A DNA stretch of 63,091 bases, the filler included, from Stramenopiles sp. TOSAG23-2 (taxonomy: Eukaryota), in NCBI GenBank assembly GCA_900128395.1. It is 12 parts of 12 records of this genome, joined end to end, with 100 filler letters (N's around TTAATTAATTAA, not from the genome) between each part and the next. Parts side by side here need not be neighbours in the genome. Positions count along the whole stretch, not along the records: positions 6,559 to 13,009 come from LT650462.1; positions 13,110 to 19,557 come from LT650463.1; positions 19,658 to 26,093 come from LT650464.1; 9 more parts are not named here. The stretch is one strand, 5' to 3'. Within the stretch, counting starts at the first letter, position 1, and every line of letters starts with the position of its first letter. A program made the position numbers and the translations under genes. The notes under the pieces were generated by a model. It was not told the DNA's origin, did not search any database, and was given only the letters and a program-made list of their open reading frames with translations. Shown here in pieces: positions 9,901-19,712 of the stretch.

Positions 9901-11149
9901 ATCATGTGAGGCGGAAATGTTTCAACCTAAATCGGAAGAAACTGCATGGGCGGCAGCACAAGATTCCGATGTTACAGCTCAAAAAGCATCTGAGGTAGCT
10001 GCTGAAGCTAGAAGGCGTGAAGCTCATTTTCGAATATGGCTTGATAATATTGAAAATCAATTTTATCATATAAACGATAAAATTGAAGATTTTGTTGAAT
10101 CTGAATGGGACAAGGAAAAAGAACGTATGGGAGCATTAACATCTTTTGATTACGATTGGAGTAATACGAAAATAGACACAGTTGTTCCGCACCGTGAAGA
10201 TTACTACAAAATTAGAGATATTTGTCGCGAATTTTATCATATTTTAAAAGGTTGTTTTCAACATTTCTGCATCATTGGTAACTCAGCGAGTGCAGAAGCA
10301 GATTATACGATCAGTTTATCTGAATTTATGATTTTTGCAAAGGCGATTAAGATAATAGATGGAGATTTATTGCATGTTACAGATGTGCAACGTGTATTTA
10401 CATTAACAAATGCTGATCGGGATTTAGATGCTAATTCTGGGGACGATGAATTTGAATGCCATGAATTTATGGAAGCGTTGATTCGAGTAGGCATTATGAG
10501 ATATGCTAAAGAAAAAAGAGGTGCAGTGAACGCAGTGAATTATTTGTTTCACCATAAAATGGCACATCTGTATTTCCACAAGATTCATGACACACATTTT
10601 CGGGAACATATGCACCATCATGATGTCTTAAAAATATTTAGAAAGTATGAGCATATAATAGATGATGTGTTTAAGCTAGTTGGTTGCCCACTTGGCACAT
10701 ATGATGAATTTATGGATTTGAATGGCTTCAGTCAATTAATTACACGGTGCAAACTAATTGATTCGTTGTTAACACGTATTGAAGTAAAAAAAGCATTTGT
10801 ACAATCACAAATGAAAGATGTTTTGCCAGATCAACATAACTTTGATGATAATGAATTTCTAGACGATGATGAGGAGGATGAAAAAGATGATTTTTCTGTA
10901 AGTGATGCTGGTAAAGCACGGGCGGAGGCTGAAAATGCATCATTTAGGCAAATGGATTATGAAGAATTCAAAGAAGCACTTTTACGTTGTGCCATATACA
11001 AATGGGATGAACAAAGTAAGAAACATGGAAATAAAGCGTTAGCTTGGAAATTGAATAATATATTGGAAGCAGTTGTTAAATTAGATCCATTAGATCAAAT
11101 AGCCAGAAGAAAGAAAAATGCAAAATTGGGCATTGAAGAGGAATTTTAA
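6968..11149 (+). CDS. 1393-aa multidomain protein: Par3/HAL N-terminal-like domain, RS-rich segment, coiled coil, degenerate EF-hand-like C-terminus
   Basis: Long intact ORF. ITVHMEGVEITIPCGDGTQNLKWLALTAAAR resembles Par3_HAL_N_term. ISLSEF, FECHEFMEALIR and MDYEEFKEALLR are EF-hand-like. Confidence 0.75.
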   Translation: MVRWGDPKATVRLKPLTREDALERGLVPARVSWDSYEGECCIQQIAITHGIYISQREVRSWLQNESFNIDKNVSSLLNKLQFTYEKFSRKKRKNPSFQAFMEWCTPHTLLNNPCIVEVTKLNLNEARNIVKESRETHSRLTSRGSSRSSARSSSEKGNGNTNNEDPVPLIKAAKKAFWNITGSLPNGGMDFLAINTNLSVRSALRTMVSLGLPSRITGFTGTDKFEISVDRHSMKAVVITGIRQISTHDGRPRLHPVVLDILNDNLKEPNYELGEKKVMYKVIVKACKLKVGRKYVLFRYQNLNDVPTALSEVADSRHVSALYFRASEDTWSVRDIINSDCTAYYRCMEAVVGETERFSPIRPYSPGKSSVSDQDDYDDYDEEEGYDHFNGVSPSPLSGDFVHGVQPKNRKNEGKVYILKSNKKLDKLEEVNELPTFMRKRKKNTTIPKIKNVNSSTPNKKTSSGKKKRNFNITVHMEGVEITIPCGDGTQNLKWLALTAAARIGRITKRDGRIRQRENVGACKELKSVLPSMLSSSKWSLQEAEEQLKHRQGGNGKSSSDMLDQIGASYSVASRNDVWTPEKLAPQVAFFTKVKQVKALKIAGKKQKAAKLLLKSVALKKKKPLSATKKAMTPPIGEWDSSRPGSKSRSRPGSKSRNRSRGSSRPSSRPRSRPRSRESNKGKSRGSSRPRTKKSEIGGVFDGEMNKNTNLMGKLENQLNNSLNINVTNMFAPPKPSSSGNYNDDVSSVVSSYIPSTQRSNASSVPSGMFNNKAPINPESKIRDSLKSDSHIWAELFDGNNVSISTWMDDAFYHSKNKERTDKVRKKANAIAIREKMYWAMVAARKRVDKARDETSNATNLIDSAVREVINRTMHIGEHFALMLRKFMKKFCKLTKIEAKHRNIAQQTLSILKTLPAAIEQMHVKQDLKSAIVALKLVERSVMKAEEIIGSKEKFEDPPKDNLHGLLKDLKPLLKMIKSCEAEMFQPKSEETAWAAAQDSDVTAQKASEVAAEARRREAHFRIWLDNIENQFYHINDKIEDFVESEWDKEKERMGALTSFDYDWSNTKIDTVVPHREDYYKIRDICREFYHILKGCFQHFCIIGNSASAEADYTISLSEFMIFAKAIKIIDGDLLHVTDVQRVFTLTNADRDLDANSGDDEFECHEFMEALIRVGIMRYAKEKRGAVNAVNYLFHHKMAHLYFHKIHDTHFREHMHHHDVLKIFRKYEHIIDDVFKLVGCPLGTYDEFMDLNGFSQLITRCKLIDSLLTRIEVKKAFVQSQMKDVLPDQHNFDDNEFLDDDEEDEKDDFSVSDAGKARAEAENASFRQMDYEEFKEALLRCAIYKWDEQSKKHGNKALAWKLNNILEAVVKLDPLDQIARRKKNAKLGIEEEF

Positions 11150-11334
11150 AATTTTTACCGAACGTATTTTAAAATTTTAGTATTTTTTACGAACTCCCAG
11201 TATCCATTATTAAAAAAATTGTGTGTGTGTTCAAAAATATTCATATTGTTGCTTCAATAAGGAACGAACGCATATTTTTTACCTCTAGATGATCAGACTA
11301 TTTTTATTTACTTTTGAAAGGAAAAACAAAGATT

Positions 11335-12041
11335 TTACACAGTCGCTGCTAACGCGCCATTTCCATATTCAGTCGTCTGAGGAGTTTGTTGTGTATCACT
11401 GCCACGTTTACCTTTTCTCTTTCTCTTCTTTTTTTTAAATTTGAATCCTTCATCAGCTTTTTTCTGCATTGCTTGTAATTTTTTTAATTCTTGCTCTTGT
11501 CTTCTACGTTCTGCTTCTCTTTCTATTTTTGGCTCCTCGTAAATACGATATTTATATTCTTCTACCTCTTGTTTTTTCATTTGATATTCATACTCTTCCC
11601 ATTCTAATTTTTCTTGCTTCAATCTTTTCCGTTCAGCTCTTAAATATGCTTGATGTTCGTATTGAAGGAAAGGATTGAAGGGCATATCTACATTAGCACA
11701 GAAATGTTGTGTTTGTGGTGTTAAAACCGGTAGTTCCCTTAGCTCCATATTGACAGGTACCATTTTGTTTAACCATTTACTTGCATATGGTGGTGCACGT
11801 CCTCTTCCAGAGTTTGACGATTTGATTGACGATTTGTTTGACGATTTGTTTGTTTCCTTCTTTGACGAGTAATCGATTGGTTCTTTGTTTTCACTGGATC
11901 ATCATTAGTACGTTCATCGTTTTCATCCAAATTAAATGCTTTTAAAAACGTTTTCACAAACTGTTCATCCTCAACCAATAAAGGTTCTTGTGATGTTTCG
12001 ATTTGTTTTAATCGTAACGGTGGTATAATCAATTCTTTCAT
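11335..12041 (-). CDS. Hypothetical charged/coiled-coil protein split over two frames (frameshift or small intron)
   Basis: The frame of ORF 11335-11763 stays open upstream to about 11898 and overlaps ORF 11769-12041. Both read as natural protein. Confidence 0.55.
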
Positions 12042-13210
12042 CGTGTCCTATTTTGATGTATAAATAATCTATTTGTGATATATATATATATATATATTGA
12101 TAGTATAGAAAATGTATTGATGAACAAAGTTAAATTATATATATTACAGTATAGTTCACATTTGCGTTTGCACATTAGACATATTTGTTAAAATTATAAT
12201 TGTGGATGTGATTATTTGTATTATTAAACGGATTTTTAGGATGATGGAGGAGGAAAATGGGTTGTCAAAAATTTTTTAATATTGGAATATTGGAATATTG
12301 GAATAGTATCCTCTAAACGTGATTCGAAATCCAGAGATATCTCTGGATTTATAGCATAGACACATCACTAAAAAAGAAAAGAAATATTTTTTCATCAAGG
12401 GCATAGTGAAGAAAACAGACCTTATATTTTCCGTAAATTAACATTATTTTTTTAATGTATTTAAGGAAAAGACCGACATTTTTCTCTCATGTAATAAACT
12501 ATTATATAGGTATATTTTAGTACTCTATATGTATTCTAAATGGTTTAAATACCACTGGACCACATTTTATGTCATCAAAAACCGTTAGAAACATACAATA
12601 AACGTTGTAAAAACACCACAAAATATGGATTCATCAAGTGTTTATGATCCATAGGCTGAATACCAGAAGGCTTTGAAGCTTGATTTAAAGACAGTGTAGG
12701 TCCAATTTGATGCAAAGAGTGCGAATTTGAGCTCAAAAATGCCTCATTTTGACAGCAAACGGGTAAAAATTCAACTCGCTTCGCTCGTTGTTGAAAACGG
12801 TTTAATAGCAAGGATACAGCAGGGATTATGCATAATTTAAAAATATGTTGATGTGTGTGTGTATCTATGTATGTATGTTCATCCATACATGGAATCATAA
12901 TTTGATATGTGTATGGTTGGAAAGCTGTGTATGTGTAGATGTGTGTGGAGGGGTCGTTTTTGCAATTTGAGTGAAAAGAAGCACTTCATTTATTTTTTTA
13001 AAATTTTTTNNNNNNNNNNNNNNNNNNNNNNNNNNNNNNNNNNNNNNNNNNNNTTAATTAATTAANNNNNNNNNNNNNNNNNNNNNNNNNNNNNNNNNNN
13101 NNNNNNNNNCGATAGAGTTCATTGAAATCCACAGAGTGTGCCAATATTTTTAAGATACAAAAATGTTGGTGGAGGTAAATAGATATTATATATTTTTATT
13201 TTTAGCTTTA

Positions 13211-16200
13211 CTACATCAAATCTAAAAACTGATCACGTAATTTTGTTGGGCTTCGTAATCTTGAAAATTCAAGTATCATTTCTCGTCCATTTCTTGTTTT
13301 TAACATTTGGACAATGGTTTTAAATGGCAACTTTTCTATGTTAACGCCACTTAATTTAATTAATTGATCGTTCAACATAACTTTACCTAGACTCCCAATT
13401 AAAGTCTCATTTTTACGATCTATGGCGGTTACTTGTGCACCCAAATTTCCTTTGAATTTTGGTGCGATATCGATACCTAATTTTCCATTGCCTCGAACAA
13501 CAATTTCAAATGTATATTGCTGTGGACTTGTATCAGGTAATAACATATCGCCAATAGAATCGAAAAATCCAAGAACTTTGTCTTTAGCAACATTTTCGAC
13601 GACATCTGAATGAGCAAATAACATCGGTAAACTAACAACTTTTAAAACACGATCACCGATTAATGATCCCAAATAGCCTTGCAACGATTGAACGGAACCT
13701 TCTAAATTAAACACGATGATAGGATCAATCTTTATCGGTGCACCAACAATGTCAAAATTTGTTTTAACCCCAATAACATCTGCTAATGGCACACCACCAA
13801 CTTTTAAAAGCTCACGATCTTTATTCTCATTATACTTTCGTCGAAATGATAAATTTAGTGACAACGGGCTGATTTCTAAACGTTCAACAAATGCACGATC
13901 GATTTTTTCACTTGTGTTATGATGAAAGCGTTGCAAATTTTCTACATATAGATGCAAAGGATCGCCTTCAACTTTCTCCCTTTTACCTGCGCTTATGAAA
14001 TACATTTGCATATGTTGAAGGAAATCCTCTGATGTTTTTGCCTCTATTGGTGCAATTTCCACATTTCCAAATCGCATGTGTGAACTGTACGCTTTATTCG
14101 TATCAAACAACAAATGTATGTTTAGAAATGGTTGCAAGGAAGATGATACTAATATCCAATCTTTTTCCACTTTATTTTCAACTAGTACTCGATGTACTTT
14201 TGCATTTAATTCGTATAGTTCATTTGTAGTATGTGATTTGACGTATGTTTTTTGTAATGTTACTGAGACAACACGTTGCTTATCATTTAATAAATGTATC
14301 TGTATCTTTTTGAACATTAATTCAAGTGTAAAGATATATTGCGGAATATCAGCATCATGGTTACTACCTTTCGTCGTAGCTGCCATTAAATTCCAACCGC
14401 CATCCATTTCAACTATTCCCTCGGATTCATTTGAAATTTCACTTCGACTTTTTCCAACACTCAATAAACGATCTGTGTTCGTGGCATCTAATATACGAAT
14501 TAAGAGTTGCCTTGCACCACGCCAATCAACAAGAACTTTGAAACTTGCACTTACACTCGCAGAAGGCCTATTCACAAGAACGGCTGGTGACCAATGTTGC
14601 TTGTCCTTAGCTAAACATATGTACGGTTCCTTGTTGAAGTACATTGGGACCGGTTGCATAGGTAAGCAACGGACTTTCTCTTGTGTACCCCGTTGACAAA
14701 CATTTACCGCATCAACACTTTCATTTACGATTAGATATGTAGGATGTATACTTATAATGCGTGTAAGTCCAAGTCGATTTAAATATGGACCGCTATCAAT
14801 TGAAACATACATTTCATATTTGTGATTCTGTTGGCTACCAATTTTTCTTCGATTATTGCGATTCTCCATCCCATCCCATAGAATACTTTGATGTGTTCCA
14901 GCGCGTTCACATTCAAACGGTTTTGACCAACGGCAGCGACCATCGTTTACTCGTATTTTAATTGAAGCACCTGTCTTCTTTTGTAATATACGAGGCTGTG
15001 TACTTGTAGGATCTTGCCCATTCATTTGCGGCGAAGGCCCCAATGAACAAATTCCATGACCATCGCTAAATTGTAAATCTAATTGCGTATGATTCACAAA
15101 CCAGAATAAAGTTGTAATATCGATCGAGTCTATCGTCATTTTTGCAGAAACAGTGATAGTGCCATCAACATAGGTTAAATCTTCCAATTCTACATTTATT
15201 TCGCTAAATGGTTGAAACAAAATACCCTTGGACCATCGGCAGCCATCAATTCGTAAACGTATCACTGCGTCGAAGAGTATCGGCAAACTTTCGCCAGTCT
15301 TAACTATTTCTTTTTTCAATGTTTTACCAACTTTCATTTCTAAATATAAATCACATGGCAATAAATTATTTATTTTCAAAGGATCAAGTTTTTCGCTTTT
15401 TAATTTTTCATCCGTGCCTATCTTTTCCTCGTTTTGTTTGTCTTCATCATCTTCTATCGAGAAGAAATTAATCATTTCAAGAATAGTATTTGGCCAGGAA
15501 TTGAGAGCTTGCAACGATAGTGCGGAAAAAGACGTCAGCATATGTTCCGCATCCATTACAAGATTATATTGAGCAATTTCCATTAAAAATAAGCCAATCA
15601 ACTCCTCACGATTTGAGTTTTCAACTAAGTTTAAAGAGATAAACTCAAAGTTAATTTCACAACCTTGTGCAAATGGAAAGACAACATCGGATTGACCATA
15701 ATAATATTGTACAGCAGATTTTTTACTTGCTGGACTCATAAAAGATTCATCCAATGCTGAACTTGCCCTTCTTCTACTTTCTTGGGAAAGATTTGATTGT
15801 GAGGAATATAAATCTTCATCATAAGTTGAAAAATTCTTATATAGAACGTCAACAAGTTGGCAATAATCCAAGTTGCTAATTTTAGCTTTCAATTTAGATA
15901 TTGATATTGTCGTCAATAAATGCAACGCTTTTTTATGAGTATCTTCAACATGAAACGCATCTAGTAACGGCTGGATAACTTCAATCTTCAATTTTAGACT
16001 GTCTAATAGCTCGTCATTGTTATCATTATAAACGTTGACACCTTTAAAGGAAATATACGTTCTGCGTGTTGGTGCAACTATACCTTCCATGCGTTGTTTC
16101 GTCCTTCTAGAAGTACGATCTCGTAAAGGTATTGGCAAAAAAGAATATTCACATATAATGTTAACACTTGGAATGGCCAATTTAAACGATGGCGTTGCGT

Positions 16201-18706
16201 TTGCCTCAATTGGTAATATTAAATTGATGTTATTCAATTTTACATCTACTGCAATAGCTTCAATTATCGGCGGAATGACAAACTTCTCTTCTACCTTTAC
16301 TCCTTGTACTTCCTTTTCCTGTTTTTCCTCGCCGATATCCGGAAATAGAGCATTATCTTCCTCTGGAGCTGCTGGTAACATAGCCTGAAAGACATAATCA
16401 ATTAATTCCATACTAAGTGCTTGAAGATAAACAACTTTAACACCACTTAGCTCCACATCTAACCTAGATGTTATTTTTATCTTATTGTCATCACTAGTGT
16501 CTTGAAAAATCCATGTGTCAGGGCCAGACACACCGCTCTCATCACCAGCCCCATAATAATATACTTTATTCTGAACGTGTTGTATGTAGAATAAATTTTT
16601 GCCAGGTATATTTCCATATTTAGCTCCATATGCAATAGCATCTGGTAAATCCTTCCATTGCCTTTTTCCAGAGCCATTTAAATGTTTACCAACTTTAACA
16701 TGCGGTGAAATAGTAAAGTTAGAGGTATTATTTGATATAGTAACATGATCATCAGGCATGGTTTGATATGAAAATTGCAACAATGATTCACTTTGTCTAT
16801 AATTATCAATGATCATTTCATGCTTTGTATCTTTTGTACATAGATCCTTTGCAGATAAATTTCCTAGTGTGCCTTTTACAGCAAAATATGTTGTTCCTTG
16901 TGTATCAATTTGTAATTTTGTATCTGTCATCTTCAATTTAATAATATGTCTACTTATTTTCTCTTTATTCAATGTTAAGGAAACAGATTTCATATCAATA
17001 GAAAAATTATTCAACCATTCTACGCTACTACCACTGCTAGATGTGCTATCTGTACTAGAAGCACGCTGTCGTAATTCATTGACACCCATTTCAGTTGTTG
17101 ATATTACATCTAAACCTAGATTTTCATCCTCTTCAATTAAATGTAAGCTACTGTTTTGTTTCTTTTCAGAATTACTAGAATCTTCATCTGATTTTAATGA
17201 CATCACTGTTGAATCATTCAAGATTGCTGAAGAAGGCGAAACATCTACCGCTCTACTGGTAAATCTATTCATAACAGCACGTATAGTATCTGCATTCCAT
17301 TGTAATTCCAATTGATGAAATACAACATGTATAGTCAATTTTTTAATATTAGCATTTCTAGTTGCTAAAATTTGAACAAGATCTTCACTTTCACTTAGCG
17401 TTTTTGATGTAGCCAACTTTTCGAAACTTGTTTTATCATATTTTTCATCATCAATTTCTAAATGCCCAAGGCGAATCGTAGTACTAGTAATGTTTGAATC
17501 CGTGTTCGATTCACCATAAATGGCTTTTAAATGACCTAAACTTATAGTCAGATGATTCTTAGATGATACTGGAATAATTAAACGGGGTGACAAAATTTTT
17601 ACTTCAATATCGATTTTTGTCTTATTTGCTACTAATTCGGACACTTCTTGTTCTGCCCAGACTTGTATATTTTCTAATGTTTCATATGCAGCTTTTTCAA
17701 TGACTTGGTTTTTTGGTATTGTGTTTTGAAATTCACCAAGCCTTTCAAAAAAATCAAAACTATAATACACTGTAATTGGTTTGAATTTTAATTTAACAAG
17801 CACGTTTGGCCTAGCATCAGATATTGCAGAGGTAAATGACAATGTCATAATAGGACCGCCTTCCTCTGATGATGAATTACGAGTCAACCTCGACATGGAT
17901 TCCCCTAATGATTTATTATTACTATCATTATTTTCGTTGAAATTTTCAAATGACAATATCTTTAATCCATCATCTCCACCATCCAAAATTTCAAAATCTA
18001 ATAATTCCATTTTAAAATCCCACAACATGGCTTCTGCTGTATTATCCATAGCACCGACTTTAGTATTATTATTATCAGTAACGCTTAATGTGTTGTTTGG
18101 GCTTTCATTTTGATACACTTTTACTTTAGCTTCACCACCGTAATTAATTTTTGCAATAATATTTTTTTTCATCTCTTGATCATAAGTATTGTTCTTCTTC
18201 TTATTATTATAATTATTGTCATTATCACCGTTTTCATCATAATTAAAGTTTTTTCTTGTTTTTTTCGTGTTTTGAAATTCATCATCATCACCTAAAAGTA
18301 CCATACTACCTTTGTACAATGAAAAACCTATGGTTAAATATGGTATTTGATTCACAGCATTATTCTTGCTATTAGTTTGATCGCTATTCTTTTTCTGCTC
18401 CTTTTTTGCTTTCACGGCAATTATACTTTGTCGCCTGATTTTATTTGTTTCTTCACTTGCACCAAAAAAGACATCCATAAAATCACTAAAACCAAATCCA
18501 CCATCCTCATATTCGTCTAAATTCTTACCACTCTCCTTCTCACTTCTAGCGGATTCCGCTTCATCTCTTAAACTCATTATCGTGTCTATATCCAATATAT
18601 CCCTTTCTAAATGCTTTAATTCATCTTTTACTGATTTCGATTTACGAAATGTATTGTATAACGTTATATATCGTTTATGTGCAACATCTGAAGATTTGGA
18701 TGTATA
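13211..18706 (-). CDS. VPS13: VPS13-family lipid transfer protein with C-terminal PDZ domain, 5'-truncated
   Basis: VPS13 signatures: KRYITLY...LKHLERDILDIDTIMSLR, IDIEVKILSPRLIIP, VKGTLGNLSAKD, WFVNHTQLDLQF, RWSKPF, TRIISIHPTYLIVNES, LEISPLSLNLSF. The C-terminal KLGIDI...DQLIKLSGVNIEKLPFKTIVQMLK...LEFSR is a PDZ domain. The frame is open to about 18721 with no N-chorein domain. Confidence 0.85.
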   Translation of the reverse strand, partial: YTSKSSDVAHKRYITLYNTFRKSKSVKDELKHLERDILDIDTIMSLRDEAESARSEKESGKNLDEYEDGGFGFSDFMDVFFGASEETNKIRRQSIIAVKAKKEQKKNSDQTNSKNNAVNQIPYLTIGFSLYKGSMVLLGDDDEFQNTKKTRKNFNYDENGDNDNNYNNKKKNNTYDQEMKKNIIAKINYGGEAKVKVYQNESPNNTLSVTDNNNTKVGAMDNTAEAMLWDFKMELLDFEILDGGDDGLKILSFENFNENNDSNNKSLGESMSRLTRNSSSEEGGPIMTLSFTSAISDARPNVLVKLKFKPITVYYSFDFFERLGEFQNTIPKNQVIEKAAYETLENIQVWAEQEVSELVANKTKIDIEVKILSPRLIIPVSSKNHLTISLGHLKAIYGESNTDSNITSTTIRLGHLEIDDEKYDKTSFEKLATSKTLSESEDLVQILATRNANIKKLTIHVVFHQLELQWNADTIRAVMNRFTSRAVDVSPSSAILNDSTVMSLKSDEDSSNSEKKQNSSLHLIEEDENLGLDVISTTEMGVNELRQRASSTDSTSSSGSSVEWLNNFSIDMKSVSLTLNKEKISRHIIKLKMTDTKLQIDTQGTTYFAVKGTLGNLSAKDLCTKDTKHEMIIDNYRQSESLLQFSYQTMPDDHVTISNNTSNFTISPHVKVGKHLNGSGKRQWKDLPDAIAYGAKYGNIPGKNLFYIQHVQNKVYYYGAGDESGVSGPDTWIFQDTSDDNKIKITSRLDVELSGVKVVYLQALSMELIDYVFQAMLPAAPEEDNALFPDIGEEKQEKEVQGVKVEEKFVIPPIIEAIAVDVKLNNINLILPIEANATPSFKLAIPSVNIICEYSFLPIPLRDRTSRRTKQRMEGIVAPTRRTYISFKGVNVYNDNNDELLDSLKLKIEVIQPLLDAFHVEDTHKKALHLLTTISISKLKAKISNLDYCQLVDVLYKNFSTYDEDLYSSQSNLSQESRRRASSALDESFMSPASKKSAVQYYYGQSDVVFPFAQGCEINFEFISLNLVENSNREELIGLFLMEIAQYNLVMDAEHMLTSFSALSLQALNSWPNTILEMINFFSIEDDEDKQNEEKIGTDEKLKSEKLDPLKINNLLPCDLYLEMKVGKTLKKEIVKTGESLPILFDAVIRLRIDGCRWSKGILFQPFSEINVELEDLTYVDGTITVSAKMTIDSIDITTLFWFVNHTQLDLQFSDGHGICSLGPSPQMNGQDPTSTQPRILQKKTGASIKIRVNDGRCRWSKPFECERAGTHQSILWDGMENRNNRRKIGSQQNHKYEMYVSIDSGPYLNRLGLTRIISIHPTYLIVNESVDAVNVCQRGTQEKVRCLPMQPVPMYFNKEPYICLAKDKQHWSPAVLVNRPSASVSASFKVLVDWRGARQLLIRILDATNTDRLLSVGKSRSEISNESEGIVEMDGGWNLMAATTKGSNHDADIPQYIFTLELMFKKIQIHLLNDKQRVVSVTLQKTYVKSHTTNELYELNAKVHRVLVENKVEKDWILVSSSLQPFLNIHLLFDTNKAYSSHMRFGNVEIAPIEAKTSEDFLQHMQMYFISAGKREKVEGDPLHLYVENLQRFHHNTSEKIDRAFVERLEISPLSLNLSFRRKYNENKDRELLKVGGVPLADVIGVKTNFDIVGAPIKIDPIIVFNLEGSVQSLQGYLGSLIGDRVLKVVSLPMLFAHSDVVENVAKDKVLGFFDSIGDMLLPDTSPQQYTFEIVVRGNGKLGIDIAPKFKGNLGAQVTAIDRKNETLIGSLGKVMLNDQLIKLSGVNIEKLPFKTIVQMLKTRNGREMILEFSRLRSPTKLRDQFLDLM

Positions 18707-18826
18707 CTGTTGGGAGGATGATCATGATGATTGATTTTTATTTATAAAACAAAATAAAAAAACAGAAAGAAATTATTATATCATCAGAGTATTTTTAATA
18801 TTTTTCAGTTTTCCATTTACAAAATG

Positions 18827-19018
18827 CTACCTGGGATGTTTGTCTTCTAACCCTTTCATTTTACGTGCCTGTCTTCTTTTTTCCATCACCTCTTCTTTAT
18901 TTAATGATATGACATTTGGTATTCGTCTAGCAAATATAGTTGCGCCAGCCATCGATGCAGCAAACCCACTAAATAAAAATGCACTTCTCCAAGTAAATAA
19001 TTTCGCTTTCCACGACAT
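18827..19018 (-). CDS. Small single-pass membrane protein (may have a second exon)
   Basis: MSWKAKLFTWRSAFLFSGFAASMAGATIFARR is a hydrophobic helix followed by a basic tail. A possible donor AG|GTAG overlaps the stop, with an acceptor CCAACAG near 18707. Confidence 0.55.
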   Translation of the reverse strand: MSWKAKLFTWRSAFLFSGFAASMAGATIFARRIPNVISLNKEEVMEKRRQARKMKGLEDKHPR

Positions 19019-19468
19019 TTGCGCTTTTTTGATTTGAAAAAAGATGAGAAATTTTTCTATAGTTATCACAATTCGCTGACAATACCTACATACATATATA
19101 TATTATAGAAAAGAGTGCAAAGATAAAATATTTCTTTTTTTTTGAAATAAACAAAGTACCAAAGGCATATATGCATATCTAGAATATATATATGCATATC
19201 AATATTGATTTTTGATTTATTCTAGATGATTTATTTCATATGTATAGATTTAGATTTGACCACCGACGATATAGGAACGAGACGCACAGACGTACTAGTA
19301 CAGTATGCATTTCCCATTTTTAGTATTAATTAATATATATTATTTAAGGGATATGATGAAATGTGTATTAATATTATTAACATGTTTATACCCCTTCACA
19401 GTAACAATCTCTTTTTTCTTATATATATAATAATTTATAGAAACCATACATACACACACACACACATT

Positions 19469-19557
19469 TCAATCGCTTAATTCAGCATTTAATTCCGCAT
19501 CCAATTCCTTTTGCCAATCAAGATCATCATCAAAATCTTCATTAGATGATATCATTT
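19469..19557 (-). CDS. 3' end of a gene cut by the contig edge (acidic tail)
   Basis: Reads ...ISSNEDFDDDLDWQKELDAELNAELSD-TGA; the coding-like frame is open to the contig edge. Confidence 0.5.
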
Positions 19558-19712
19558 NNNNNNNNNNNNNNNNNNNNNNNNNNNNNNNNNNNNNNNNNNN
19601 NTTAATTAATTAANNNNNNNNNNNNNNNNNNNNNNNNNNNNNNNNNNNNNNNNNNNNTTCATTCATTTCAATGATTATATTGCTAAAATTAGCATACACT
19701 CCACTATACAAA

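Noticed and set aside
11769-11900. Programmed ribosomal frameshift between the two minus-strand ORFs
   Set aside because: No slippery heptamer or stimulatory structure is evident; a single-base error or a short intron explains it equally well.
14076-14696. Antisense and alternate-frame ORFs in the track (e.g. 14076-14696, 16809-17315, 21486-22220, 47143-47709, 53539-53994)
   Set aside because: They shadow well-supported genes, have no recognisable motifs and are expected from codon bias or repeats.
19658-19712. Inverted repeat suggesting an invertible segment or transposon end; track start MIILLKLAYTPLYK
   Set aside because: It is the reverse complement of internal coding sequence (about 20414-20468) sitting at a contig edge, typical of an amplification fold-back chimera; the ATG is spurious.
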